A stretch of 60,568 bases of DNA, the filler included. It is 6 parts of 6 records of this genome, joined end to end, with 100 filler letters (N's around TTAATTAATTAA, not from the genome) between each part and the next. Parts side by side here need not be neighbours in the genome. Positions count along the whole stretch, not along the records: positions 37,049 to 52,167 come from SRR31156797_4195; positions 52,268 to 60,568 come from SRR31156797_4200; 4 more parts are not named here. The stretch is one strand, 5' to 3'. Position 1 is the stretch's first letter. The number at the start of each line of letters is the position of its first letter. The notes beneath the pieces were generated by a model, which was not told where the DNA came from, made no database searches, and was given only the letters and a program-made list of their open reading frames with translations. This document shows, piece after piece, positions 49,324 through 59,282 of this stretch. The translations under genes and the position numbers were made by a program.

Positions 49324-50053
49324 AATCTTTTGTCGACCTTCTAAAATCGACCAAGTCTTTCAAATATCCTTTATTGAGAAAGCTATCTTTGTCTATAGAA
49401 CAAAGTTTATCAAACATCTTAGCATTTACAGTAAAAGCCATCAGGTTTTTAGGTAAATACTTTCTCATGGCTAAATCAGTCGCTCCTACAATCGCTTTAG
49501 GTTTATCGTTAGCCGGAACTAAAGACAACAACTGCATACATCCAGACCCAAATGGCACTTCAACAGGATTATCTCCGCTACCATCTGCAAAATAATTAGC
49601 TGCAACTACTAAAGCACTAAGCTGATCAGGGTTAACAAAAAAAGTAACGGAACGTAGATATTTTTCCATTGCGTTTTTGATAGGACCTATATAAATACAT
49701 CTGTGTGTCGACTTGTAAGTAGGCGTAACTTCCAACCAGTTATTCATTAATTCCTTCGAACACTTTAAACCTTCTTCCCCCACCAAAAAATCAACAAACT
49801 CTTTTCTGTTTCTGGTTTCCTTACCAAAAAGCCAGTAACCACTACCATTACAGCCGTAATTAATAGAAGTCAACTTTAAAGTTTGTCCACGCAACCAGGC
49901 ATTAAAGTAGGCGAATATACAGGCTCTCCGATGAGCTACAGGTTCAATTATACGATCGAATTCGGCATCATGCGGGGCATCATAAACACCAATCAAAGGT
50001 AAGTCTATTCCTAATTTATCAGTAATATATGTGGCATCTAATAGTGTAGACAT
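49322..50053 (-). CDS. DUF169-family protein
   Basis: Cys motifs ACIF, YGCNGS, PFGSGC; NPDQLSAL, AIVGATD. Confidence 0.75.
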   Translation of the reverse strand: MSTLLDATYITDKLGIDLPLIGVYDAPHDAEFDRIIEPVAHRRACIFAYFNAWLRGQTLKLTSINYGCNGSGYWLFGKETRNRKEFVDFLVGEEGLKCSKELMNNWLEVTPTYKSTHRCIYIGPIKNAMEKYLRSVTFFVNPDQLSALVVAANYFADGSGDNPVEVPFGSGCMQLLSLVPANDKPKAIVGATDLAMRKYLPKNLMAFTVNAKMFDKLCSIDKDSFLNKGYLKDLVDFRRSTKD

Positions 50054-50112
50054 TTTTGTTTTCAATATATGTATTAAAGTTGTGATGTCAAAAGCCAATA
50101 CTTAATGCAGAA

Positions 50113-50688
50113 CTACTTTCTATCTAGACTAAGTAAATGCTCAACTACCTCAGGATAGTATTTATATTCCAGTTTATGTATTTTTTCTTCTACATCTGCT
50201 GCAGAATCATCAGGTAAAACCTCACACTTTATTTGTTGGATGATTTTTCCCTCATCGTAGTTCTCATCTACAAAGTGAATGGTGATACCTGTTTCCGTTT
50301 CCTTATTGGCAACAACAGCTTCGTGTATTTTATGTCCATACATTCCTTTACCTCCATATTTAGGTAATAAAGCAGGATGAATATTGATAATTTTATCTTT
50401 ATATGCGCCAACCAGATTATTTGGAACCAACCATAAAAAACCTGCCAGAACGATTAAATCCGTTCCTTCATTTTGTAAAATTTCTAATATCTTGTTTGAA
50501 TTATAAAACTCATCTTTAGTAAATAAGGTTAGTTTAACATTTAAATTACCTGCCCTTTCATTCACATAAGCCTTTGGATTATTCGTCAAAATATGAAAAT
50601 CGGAAGTTTTTAACCTTCCTTTAAAGTATTTTATAATGTTTTCTGCATTACTACCTGATCCCGAAGCAAATATAGCTATCTTACTCAT
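50113..50688 (-). CDS. purN: Phosphoribosylglycinamide formyltransferase
   Basis: IAIFASGSGSN, VLAGF, NIHPALLP, TGITIHFVDENYDEG. Confidence 0.97.
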   Translation of the reverse strand: MSKIAIFASGSGSNAENIIKYFKGRLKTSDFHILTNNPKAYVNERAGNLNVKLTLFTKDEFYNSNKILEILQNEGTDLIVLAGFLWLVPNNLVGAYKDKIINIHPALLPKYGGKGMYGHKIHEAVVANKETETGITIHFVDENYDEGKIIQQIKCEVLPDDSAADVEEKIHKLEYKYYPEVVEHLLSLDRK

Positions 50689-50860
50689 TATTATATTTTT
50701 GCAGCACTTAAAGCCATTAATTTTCAAATGCCAAAAATAGAAAAAAAAGCTCCTTTTTTGATTTTATTCAAATATTATTTGGCCGATAATGGTGATTTTT
50801 TTTCCTTTGCAAAGTTATTTTAATCAATAAATTTTAAATATTAACTTAAAATTAAAAGCT

Positions 50861-51097
50861 ATGTCTGACATTGCATCAAGAGTTAAAGCAATCATCGTAG
50901 ACAAATTAGGTGTTGACGAAACTGAAGTTACTAACGAAGCAAGCTTCACTAATGATTTAGGAGCTGACTCTCTTGACACTGTTGAGTTGATCATGGAGTT
51001 CGAGAAGGAATTTAACATTGCTATTCCAGATGATCAAGCAGAAAACATTGGCACAGTAGGTGATGCCGTCTCTTATATAGAGGAAAACGCTAAATAA
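50861..51097 (+). CDS. acpP: Acyl carrier protein
   Basis: [17 protein letters not shown]. Confidence 0.98.
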   Translation: MSDIASRVKAIIVDKLGVDETEVTNEASFTNDLGADSLDTVELIMEFEKEFNIAIPDDQAENIGTVGDAVSYIEENAK

Positions 51098-51129
51098 GTA
51101 AATAAAGGTTTTACACTTTAAAAGAAGTT

Positions 51130-52167
51130 ATGGAGTTAAAAAGAGTAGTAGTTACAGGGTTGGGTGCCATTACTCCACTGGGAAACTCTGTTGATGAGTT
51201 ATGGAAAAACCTGGTGAATGGTGAGAGTGGTTGTGGACCCATTACTCGATTTGACACCACCAATTTCAAGACAAAATTTGCTTGTGAAGTAAAAAATTAC
51301 GCCCCTAATGATCATTTTGATCGTAAGGAGGCTAGAAAGCTTGATATGTTTGCTCAGTTTGCATTAATTGCATCTGAGCAAGCTGTTCAAGATTCTGGCA
51401 TTAACGCAGAAAGCATCAGCGGCGACGACGTTGGTGTAATTTGGGGAGCCGGAATTGGTGGCATTCAAACATTTACAGATGAAATTTCCGGGTTAGTTAA
51501 AAACGAAGGTGTGCCTCGTTTTAACCCATTTTTTATACCCAAAATGATTGCAGATATTGCTGCAGGTCATATTTCTATGAAGTATGGATTTAGAGGTCCA
51601 AACTACAATACTGTTTCCGCTTGTGCATCTTCAACCAATGCAATTGGTGATGCTTTTAACCTAATTCGTTTAGGTAAAGCAAAAGCCTTTGTGACTGGTG
51701 GTTCTGAAGCTGCTATTTGCGAAGCAGGTATTGGAGGTTTTAACTCAATGCAAGCCTTATCTACGAAAAATGAAGATCCTAAAACAGCTTCCAGACCATT
51801 TGACAAAGACCGTGATGGTTTTGTAATGGGAGAAGGTGGAGCTGCTTTAATTCTGGAAGAGTATGAACATGCAAAAGCACGTGGAGCTAAAATTTACTGT
51901 GAAGTAATTGGTTCTGGTATGACAGCTGATGCACATCACTTAACAGCACCACATCCTGATGGATTAGGCGCTAAAAACGTGATGCTTATGGCTCTGAAAG
52001 ATAACGATACTGCACCTGAAGAAGTTGATTATATCAATGTTCATGGTACATCAACCCCAAGAGGTGATATTGCAGAAACATTAGCAATTAAGGAAGTTTT
52101 TGGCGAGCATGCATATGATTTAAATATCAGCTCTACAAAATCAATGACAGGTCACCTTTTAGGTGCT
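51130..52167 (+). CDS. fabF: Beta-ketoacyl-ACP synthase II (3' truncated by contig end)
   Basis: RVVVTGLG, SACASS, SRPFDKDRDGFVMGEG, HGTST, KSMTGHLLGA. Confidence 0.97.
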
Positions 52168-52267
52168 NNNNNNNNNNNNNNNNNNNNNNNNNNNNNNNNN
52201 NNNNNNNNNNNTTAATTAATTAANNNNNNNNNNNNNNNNNNNNNNNNNNNNNNNNNNNNNNNNNNNN
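52168..52267. other. Artificial contig spacer
   Basis: N-run + TTAATTAATTAA + N-run. Confidence 0.99.
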
Positions 52268-52382
52268 TCCTGCCAGATTTACATGCGTTTACCCTAGTGG
52301 GTGGAATGTTTTTCTTGACAAGTACCTGTTCCCGGGTGGTAAAGTCTGGATTAACCTGAACTTTTCACCACCTGTTTGAACC

Positions 52383-54041
52383 ATGAAAAACGCGTTACCC
52401 AGTATCGCGGGATTTGAAACAGCGCTCTTTGGGAAAAGAGACCCCTTTTCTGCGCTTTTGCGTTTTTCCATTGACCTGATGGGGGCAAGACAGGCCGCGC
52501 TGCTCTATGGCACGGACCGGAGCCGGGAGATTTTCATCGCTCCGGATCAATGGGACAGGGGGGTGATACACCGGCTCGAAAGCAGGTGGAAAGCCGGATT
52601 GTTTCACAAATATTTCGGTAAAGCCCTTCTCCGGTTCACCGGGTTGTCCCCCGTGGCATTGTATAAAGCGGATACCACAGGCAAAAGAACGGACAATGAC
52701 GGCATCATCGCCTATCTTCTCAGGAATTATCCCGGTTTTTACCGGCATGGCGTCAAAATCGTCATTGTAAGGAAGGTGGGAGGCGGGGCCCAGGACGGGG
52801 AATTCTTGAAGTTGCCGGTTCTTTCCTATGACGGCAAGGGGTTTGATTCCCTTGCCGACCTCAAGGTGAACTCGGCCATTACAACCCGATTCAAAGTCGA
52901 TAATTTTATCGGGGCCTATGTTCCGGACTACGGGGCCCTTGTGATCAATACCATTGATAGCGATCTCCTGCTGTGGGAGGATGGGCAATTTCTCCGGGAC
53001 TCAGAGTTGAAATATCGCCTTGACCTGCTGATACGGGGCATTGAAACAGCCTCCCTTGCCTGCCTGGGATGTCTCAAAGGGCGAAGAGCCGTTGAAACCC
53101 TCTGGAGAAAGGAGCGGGCGTTGAGGGCTGCGACAGCCGAGCTTCAAAAAAGAGAGGCCGATGTCGAACGTCAGAAGCGGTACCTCATGGCCGTGGGGGC
53201 CGTGACCGAAGAGATGCTTGATATGGCACCTGTCACCGTAAACGATGGGGTTTACGCCTTTATCGACATGGTCGGTTCCACCAGGGTCCGGAGCGCCTAC
53301 TCTCCCAATGATTATTTTTTCGTGACCAACCAGCTGCGAGAGATTGCAGCCAACCTGGCCTCGTCCTTCTTCTGCCGTCTTGACAATTTCATGGGGGATG
53401 GTTTTTTCCTTCAGAATGTTTCCGTGTTTGACCCGGCAGGGGGCGATTACGCCCCAACCCTCCATGAGCGGACCGTATTAATGATCCTGCTGCTTGTCTC
53501 CATGTTCCGGGAACTCGACCTGCTGATACGGGGGCTTCATCCCATGGACCGGGAACAACGGATGAAAACCCTTCTAGCCCAGGAGAACCGAACCCTGGAG
53601 TTCCGGTCCGGTATCGAGGCCGGGCCTGCCACCGTCGGGCCCGTGGGCAGCAGGAAGCGAAGGATCGTAACGGCCATCGGAGAGGCTGTGGACCGTGCTT
53701 CACGGTTTGAGTCGACCGGTGTTCCCAACGAGATTCACATGAGCAGGACCGTGATGGGGCTGTTGAAAGAGGCAACCGTCTCACGGGCCACAAAACGCGT
53801 TTACCCGATCATTACCGGTCTCTATCCCGGTATGGAGGGGTTGTATGAAAAGGAGCGGTTGCTCCTGGAAGCCCGGGGCAGCGCCTCCTTTTTCGATCTG
53901 TACAGGGCCGGGTTCGCTCCCCTTCAGACCGTTGTTACTCAGAGGCGCAACGTTCAATACAAGGAGTTCATAAGCAAGGAAACCTATCTGTTGAGATGGA
54001 ACCGGCAGACGGCTTCCCATAGCGTTTGCTTTGGCATATGA
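52383..54041 (+). CDS. Class III nucleotide cyclase domain protein with non-canonical active site
   Basis: FIDMVGST, DNFMGDG, FRSGIEAGP...G, TAIGEAVDRASRFES; coiled coil before the domain; unassigned N-terminal region. Confidence 0.85.
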   Translation: MKNALPSIAGFETALFGKRDPFSALLRFSIDLMGARQAALLYGTDRSREIFIAPDQWDRGVIHRLESRWKAGLFHKYFGKALLRFTGLSPVALYKADTTGKRTDNDGIIAYLLRNYPGFYRHGVKIVIVRKVGGGAQDGEFLKLPVLSYDGKGFDSLADLKVNSAITTRFKVDNFIGAYVPDYGALVINTIDSDLLLWEDGQFLRDSELKYRLDLLIRGIETASLACLGCLKGRRAVETLWRKERALRAATAELQKREADVERQKRYLMAVGAVTEEMLDMAPVTVNDGVYAFIDMVGSTRVRSAYSPNDYFFVTNQLREIAANLASSFFCRLDNFMGDGFFLQNVSVFDPAGGDYAPTLHERTVLMILLLVSMFRELDLLIRGLHPMDREQRMKTLLAQENRTLEFRSGIEAGPATVGPVGSRKRRIVTAIGEAVDRASRFESTGVPNEIHMSRTVMGLLKEATVSRATKRVYPIITGLYPGMEGLYEKERLLLEARGSASFFDLYRAGFAPLQTVVTQRRNVQYKEFISKETYLLRWNRQTASHSVCFGI

Positions 54042-54044
54042 GGG

Positions 54045-54881
54045 TCATTTTTCAAGGGTGGGGGTGTGCTCTTCGATGGCCTTGATGAGTTGACGGGTCT
54101 TTTCCCCGACCCTGCCGTCACCAATGGGGGTGGTGTCAACCTGTATCACCGGCACAATGCCCTTGTTGGTTCCCGTGATAAACACTTCGTCCGCCTGGAG
54201 AAGCGCTTCCAGGGGGATGGGTCGCAGGTCGATCTCAAACATGGTTTCAGCCAGGGAGAGAATCACCTGCCGGGTGATGCCTTTTAACACGTTCTCCTTT
54301 GGGGTGACGAGCCTGCCCTTGATAAAGGCAAAGAGATTGCTTGTGGTGCCCTCGCAGACAAAGCGGTTTTTGTCCACATAGAGGGCCTCCACTGCGTGCT
54401 GTCTTTTGGCTTCCTTGAGGGCAAGGGCTGCCGGAATATAGGAGAGGCTCTTTGCTTCGGGGACCTCCCGTTCCTGGTTGACGGTGATTACCTTGACCCC
54501 GTCCCGGTACCACTCGGGCGGTATGGGGGGGATTTCGGTGACAAGGACAATAAGTCTGGGGGGGCCCTGGGGGGTAAGGAAGTCAGGGCTCGACCCGCCG
54601 GTGACGACGACCCGGATGTTTGCTTCGTCAACCTCCGGGTTTCTCTTCAAGGTTTCAAGCACAATGGCCTCGATCTCGTCACGGCTCCATTTCAGGCAGA
54701 GGCCGATGGCTTCTGCCGAGCGCTCGAGCCGTTGGATATGCTCCTTTAGAAAACAGGGTTTTCCCTGGAAGGTGCGCATGAGGTCGCATACGCCGATCCC
54801 CCTTAGAACGGCAAGGTCATCCACCGGTATCACGGCCTTGTCCGATGGAACAAAACTGCCGTCAACATAAAAAACGCCCAT
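54045..54881 (-). CDS. Class IV PLP aminotransferase (IlvE/Dat-like)
   Basis: HIQRLERSA, PLP lysine in EAKSLSY, EGTTSNLF, LKGITR, ADEVFITGT. Confidence 0.93.
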   Translation of the reverse strand: MGVFYVDGSFVPSDKAVIPVDDLAVLRGIGVCDLMRTFQGKPCFLKEHIQRLERSAEAIGLCLKWSRDEIEAIVLETLKRNPEVDEANIRVVVTGGSSPDFLTPQGPPRLIVLVTEIPPIPPEWYRDGVKVITVNQEREVPEAKSLSYIPAALALKEAKRQHAVEALYVDKNRFVCEGTTSNLFAFIKGRLVTPKENVLKGITRQVILSLAETMFEIDLRPIPLEALLQADEVFITGTNKGIVPVIQVDTTPIGDGRVGEKTRQLIKAIEEHTPTLEK

Positions 54882-55004
54882 GCATCCCCCTCTCCTTTAA
54901 ATCAATATCAAAGTCACGTTCACAAAGGATGTTGAAAATCCTTTGCCAATAGTATAATCATGAAACAGTCAGAGGAAAGGATAAAAAATGAGAGAGGTGT
55001 ATTG

Positions 55005-55721
55005 ATGGATTTGTTCAGGGGAATTGCTTATAATGTCAGGGGACTTGTGCTGGGGCTGAGGACACCTCGCCTTCTTTTTTTGGGAATGATGCGGTTCCTG
55101 GTCGTTGTGGTGCTTGCCCTTTTTTTCTCCGGATTGATTCTTTTCTGGCACCAGGAGCTGCTGAACCTTGTGTGGACCATGCCGGAGCCGGGGTGGCTCC
55201 TTTACCTGTGGAAGGCGGTTTCCTGGATTGTTTCGCTCTTTCTTTCTGCCCTCGCCTGCCTGTTCTCCTACCTGGTCGCACAGATTTTCTTTTGCGTCTT
55301 TATTATGGATTCCATGTCGAGGATTACCGAACGGCTTGTTACCGGCGTTGAAGTCGCTCCCCAGGGGGGCTCGCCGGCAGGGATGATTTTTCACCTTATC
55401 AAGCAGGAGATCCCCCGGGCCGTTATTCCTGTCATTGCCATGGTGGTGCTGATGCTGTTGGGCTTTCTGACACCCTTTGGTCCGGCCATCGCGTTGGTCT
55501 CATCCCTTGTCGCCGTCACTTTCCTTGCCTGGGACAACACCGATCTTGTGCCGGCCAGACGGCTGTCTCCTTTTACATCCAGGTTTGGTCGATTCAAGCG
55601 GAATATTCTTTTTCATCTTGGATTCGGGCTATGGTTTCTGATCCCCTGGTTAAACATCGTTTTTCTTTCCTTTGCGCCGGTGGGGGGGACCCTCTACTAT
55701 CTTGAGACGGAAAAGCGGTGA
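55005..55721 (+). CDS. EI24/CysZ-like membrane protein
   Basis: Multi-TM; MDSMSRITE, LAWDNTD, IPWLN; ATG 55005 after AGAGGT. Confidence 0.75.
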   Translation: MDLFRGIAYNVRGLVLGLRTPRLLFLGMMRFLVVVVLALFFSGLILFWHQELLNLVWTMPEPGWLLYLWKAVSWIVSLFLSALACLFSYLVAQIFFCVFIMDSMSRITERLVTGVEVAPQGGSPAGMIFHLIKQEIPRAVIPVIAMVVLMLLGFLTPFGPAIALVSSLVAVTFLAWDNTDLVPARRLSPFTSRFGRFKRNILFHLGFGLWFLIPWLNIVFLSFAPVGGTLYYLETEKR

Positions 55722-55864
55722 GGCCCTGTTGAATCTGCCTTGGCGTTTTTTTCCTCTTTTGTATTGTGCCGGGTTTGCCTGACCTGATACAATGGGTCGA
55801 TGGCGGAAGTTAAGAAACAGGCCATCAGCTGTTTTTAAGTCATGTAAACAAAAGGAGCAGGATA

Positions 55865-56257
55865 ATGCGCGTGAAGTCCTTTCGGGAGAGCCAGCCGGAG
55901 GATGGCCTTGTCACCTCGGTCCTGGATGAGGTTGAAGAGATGGGGGAGGAAGAAGAGGCGATTCTTTGCGGATTCTGCCAGAATTCGATCACGGACACCA
56001 GCAACCAGATCGCCATGAACGGCGCCCACTCCCACATTTTTGCCAATCCCCATGGCTTTGTTTTTGAGATTGGCTGTTACAAGAGGGCGACAGGCTGCCT
56101 GACCTCCCTGGAATCCTCCGCTGAATTTTCCTGGTTCAGTGGGTATCACTGGAAAATTGCCCTTTGCAGCAATTGCTCCAACCATCTTGGATGGTATTTC
56201 TTTTCCAGCAGCTCGTCGTTTTTCGGGCTCATCCAGGAGAATTTGATCCTTCCCTGA
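55865..56257 (+). CDS. Bacterial cereblon (CULT domain) protein
   Basis: CGFC and CSNC Zn motifs; FANPHG, FSWFSGYHW, HLGWYF; AAGGAG RBS. Confidence 0.92.
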   Translation: MRVKSFRESQPEDGLVTSVLDEVEEMGEEEEAILCGFCQNSITDTSNQIAMNGAHSHIFANPHGFVFEIGCYKRATGCLTSLESSAEFSWFSGYHWKIALCSNCSNHLGWYFFSSSSSFFGLIQENLILP

Positions 56258-56339
56258 GAAAATATTGGGTTGTCTCTTTTTCGCATCAATGTTACAGGTG
56301 TAGGCGATAATGCGATTCGCAATCAACAGGGAGACATTC

Positions 56340-57626
56340 ATGGAGAAGAAATTTTCTGCAGGAACGGCAATCGTGGGTTCCGGCGCTTGCGGGGCGACCA
56401 TTGCCCGGGAGCTTGCGAAAAAGGGAGAATCCGTGGTGGTGCTTGAAAAGGGCAGGGAGCATACCTGGCCCATCGGAACTCCCATGGCGTACGCAACCAT
56501 GTACGACATCATGAAATCCAGGGAGGGAATCATCGTACGGCGGGGGGTCACCACCGGCGGTTCCACCATGGTTTACTCCGGGAACGCCTACGATCCGCCG
56601 GATTTTATCAGGGATGAACTGGGGATAGACCTCTCCCGGGAGGTGGCCGAGACAAAAGGGGAACTCAACATCAGGCCCGTTCCGGAGACGTTCATGGAGA
56701 ATTATACGGGAACACGGCGGCTGGTCAATGCCGCCGGTGAGCTCGGCTACGCCATGAAGCCCCAGGAGAGATTCGTTGATTACGAAAAGTGCGATCCTGA
56801 GTGTGACGCCTGCCTGTTCGGATGTCGGCGGGGGGCGAAATGGACGGCGCGAAATTACCTGGACGATGCCGTGGCGGCGGGGGCAAGGCTGATCACCCGA
56901 TGCAACGTCCGGAAGGTCCTTGTCTCCGGCAACAGGGCCGCAGGGGTCGTGGCAGACACCCCTTTCGGGACATTGGCGGTTGAATGCGATCGTGTGATCC
57001 TTGCGGCCGGGGGGATCGGCAGTCCGAAAATTCTCCGCAGAAGCGGCATTTATGGGGCGGGCAGACGGTTTTTTACCGATCCCATGGCCGTGCTGGTGGG
57101 GGTGATGAAGAAGGGGACTGGAACCTTTCGCGAAATGACCTTTACCGTTGCCGACGCATCCAACGGCGGCGAGTTTGTATTTGGCAACACCGGTGCGGTC
57201 AACGGGTTTGTGGCCCAGATCGCAGCCCTGAACCTGTCTTTCCTGCGCCAGGGCATTCACATGAAGCGTCTGGCCGGCATGTTTGTCAAGCTGTGCGACG
57301 ATCCTGTCGGATCCATCGACGAAAACGGGGTGTTCCATAAATCCTTTACCCGGCGGGATGAGCAAACCATGGCCAGGGGCATCCGGATCGCAACCGATGT
57401 GATGACAAGGGCCGGTGTCGATGGGTCAACCATCTCGGTGGCCAGGGGGATCGGAGGGCACCCCGGAGGAACCTGTGCCATCGGAACGGTGGTGGACAAC
57501 ACCCTCATGACCGCTGTCAACAATCTCTATGTTTGCGACAACAGCGTGATGCCAAGATCCGGGGGGATTCCGCCGGTGCTCACACTGATTGCCCTGGGTA
57601 AGAAGTTTGCCAGGGCCCTTGACTAA
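56340..57626 (+). CDS. GMC-family FAD oxidoreductase with Cys cluster
   Basis: IVGSGACG, GGSTMVY, CDPECDACLFGC, LAAGGIGSP, GHPGGT, NLYVCD. Confidence 0.9.
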   Translation: MEKKFSAGTAIVGSGACGATIARELAKKGESVVVLEKGREHTWPIGTPMAYATMYDIMKSREGIIVRRGVTTGGSTMVYSGNAYDPPDFIRDELGIDLSREVAETKGELNIRPVPETFMENYTGTRRLVNAAGELGYAMKPQERFVDYEKCDPECDACLFGCRRGAKWTARNYLDDAVAAGARLITRCNVRKVLVSGNRAAGVVADTPFGTLAVECDRVILAAGGIGSPKILRRSGIYGAGRRFFTDPMAVLVGVMKKGTGTFREMTFTVADASNGGEFVFGNTGAVNGFVAQIAALNLSFLRQGIHMKRLAGMFVKLCDDPVGSIDENGVFHKSFTRRDEQTMARGIRIATDVMTRAGVDGSTISVARGIGGHPGGTCAIGTVVDNTLMTAVNNLYVCDNSVMPRSGGIPPVLTLIALGKKFARALD

Positions 57627-57658
57627 TCCATCAACTTCACACCTGGAAAGAGGGCTCA

Positions 57659-58969
57659 ATGGAAAAAAACTATGATGTGATCGTGGTCGGTTCGGGACCC
57701 GGCGGTGCAACCGTGGCCAGGGGAATGGTCCGGAAGGGAAAACGCGTTCTTCTTTTGGAAAAGGGCAATGACAAACCCTGTACAGGCACCTATTTTAACG
57801 CACTTCAATTGTTTGACCGGTTTGGCTTCTACAAGAGCAAAGAGGGGTTGTCCATGCTCAAGGCAACCACGGCCGGGGGGGCGACAATGGTTTATTCCGG
57901 GTCGGCCGCCATGCCGCCGCCCTGGCTGAAGACCGGCTACAATATCGATCTTACCCCCTATGCGGAAGAGACGATCCGGGAACTCAAGGTGGATATACTT
58001 CCCGACCATCTCCTGGGGGAGGCGTCCGCCACGGTGATGGCGGCCGGAAACAGGCTGGGCCAGGAGTGGGAGCCCATGCCCAAGTTCCTTGATCCCGGCA
58101 AGTTTAAAAACGGAAAATCCAGCGGTGCCCGTACCTCCCTGGGGTTCAACCTCGGTGAGCGGTGGACCGCCCGGGACTATATCGACCAGGCCGTGGATGC
58201 CGGTGCAACCTTGAAGACCCGGTCGGAGTGCGTGGAGGTCGTTGTAAAAGAGAACAGGGCCGTGGGGGTAAAGGTGAGGTCTAACGGTGACAAAAAAAAG
58301 GTGATTTCTTATTACGGCAACGATATCGTGCTTGCGGCGGGCGGAATTCCAACCCCGGTTCTGTTGAAGCGGGCGGGCATCCGCAGGGCCGGTCAAGGGT
58401 GCGTGGTGGACCCGACAAGACTTGTGTACGGCATTCATCCTGATAAGGGCTCGTTTCAGGATCCCCTGGTGAGCGTGGTTTCCTGGAAGTGGTACGACAG
58501 CGACGGGATACGGGTCGGTACCTTGATCGATCCCTGGCTCATGACCCTGATCAGCCTTGCCAAGGCCGGTTTTCCCCATCTGTTCAAGATTCTGAAGTAC
58601 CGGCGGATGATCGGCATCCTCGTGAAGGTCAAGGATGAACTGGGGGGGTATGTGGATGGGAACGGCGCTGTCTCCAAGGAATTGACCACCGGGGATCTTG
58701 GAAAAATGCGAAAAGGCGAAACCATTGCCCGGGAAGTTCTTGTGGAGGCCGGCTGCGATCCCGGTTCCATTGTCCCGGGGGAGATCCGCGGGGCCCATCC
58801 CAGCGGCACCTGCAGGATCGGCCATGTGGTGGATGACAACCTTGAGACCCGGATAAAAAATCTCTATGTTTGCGATGCCAGCGTGTTCCCGGAGGCACTG
58901 GACAGGCCCACCGTGATCACCATTATCGCATTCGGTAAACGCCTTGTGGAGCACCTGTTAAGGAAATAG
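57659..58969 (+). CDS. GMC-family FAD oxidoreductase (paralog lacking the Cys cluster)
   Basis: VVGSGPGG, GGATMVY, LAAGGIPTP, AHPSGT, NLYVCDASVFP. Confidence 0.9.
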   Translation: MEKNYDVIVVGSGPGGATVARGMVRKGKRVLLLEKGNDKPCTGTYFNALQLFDRFGFYKSKEGLSMLKATTAGGATMVYSGSAAMPPPWLKTGYNIDLTPYAEETIRELKVDILPDHLLGEASATVMAAGNRLGQEWEPMPKFLDPGKFKNGKSSGARTSLGFNLGERWTARDYIDQAVDAGATLKTRSECVEVVVKENRAVGVKVRSNGDKKKVISYYGNDIVLAAGGIPTPVLLKRAGIRRAGQGCVVDPTRLVYGIHPDKGSFQDPLVSVVSWKWYDSDGIRVGTLIDPWLMTLISLAKAGFPHLFKILKYRRMIGILVKVKDELGGYVDGNGAVSKELTTGDLGKMRKGETIAREVLVEAGCDPGSIVPGEIRGAHPSGTCRIGHVVDDNLETRIKNLYVCDASVFPEALDRPTVITIIAFGKRLVEHLLRK

Positions 58970-59060
58970 GGGGTGACGGCGATTTTTTTATCGTGACGGC
59001 AGGTTCGCAAAGGGCCTGCCTGATGCCGTTTTCGGCCGCCGTAAATAGTTGAAAAATATT

Positions 59061-59088
59061 TTGACACACCGCAATATTTATATATAAT
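59061..59088 (+). promoter_or_regulatory. Consensus sigma70 promoter
   Basis: TTGACA-N16-TATAAT. Confidence 0.7.
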
Positions 59089-59282
59089 ATATGGAGTTAC
59101 TGTATAGCAGAATCGAAGAATGTGATGGTCGTCATAACAACTTTTCCGGACTTCAGCCTGACTAAAAAACGGATCCTTCCGGTTCCTGTTCTGCCTGTTT
59201 GCTGTCTCTGTTTCAATAGATGTAAGCGTGTCGATATAAGTGGTCGTCCAATGTCTTTAACAGAAAATCAAAGGAGGGAGAA

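Noticed and set aside
12198..52267. Five identical TTAATTAATTAA palindromes within N-runs
   Set aside because: Artificial 100-nt joiners. Composition and gene content change across them, so no cross-contig system (for example hydrogenases with GH130, or fabF with the cyclase) was inferred.
52383..54041. Pycsar/CBASS defence operon
   Set aside because: No co-oriented effector gene: downstream is a convergent aminotransferase, and only 115 nt of upstream sequence is visible, so this is unsupported rather than excluded
56292..58954. Long minus-strand ORFs of 357 and 432 aa
   Set aside because: Antisense shadows of the two GC-rich GMC genes with no recognisable motifs; other short overlapping ORFs in the track were dropped for the same reason
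58998..59020. GGCAGGTTC-GCAAA-GGGCCTGCC hairpin as a c-di-GMP riboswitch
   Set aside because: Single hairpin without the two-stem consensus, lying upstream of the promoter; more likely a 3' end structure of the GMC transcript
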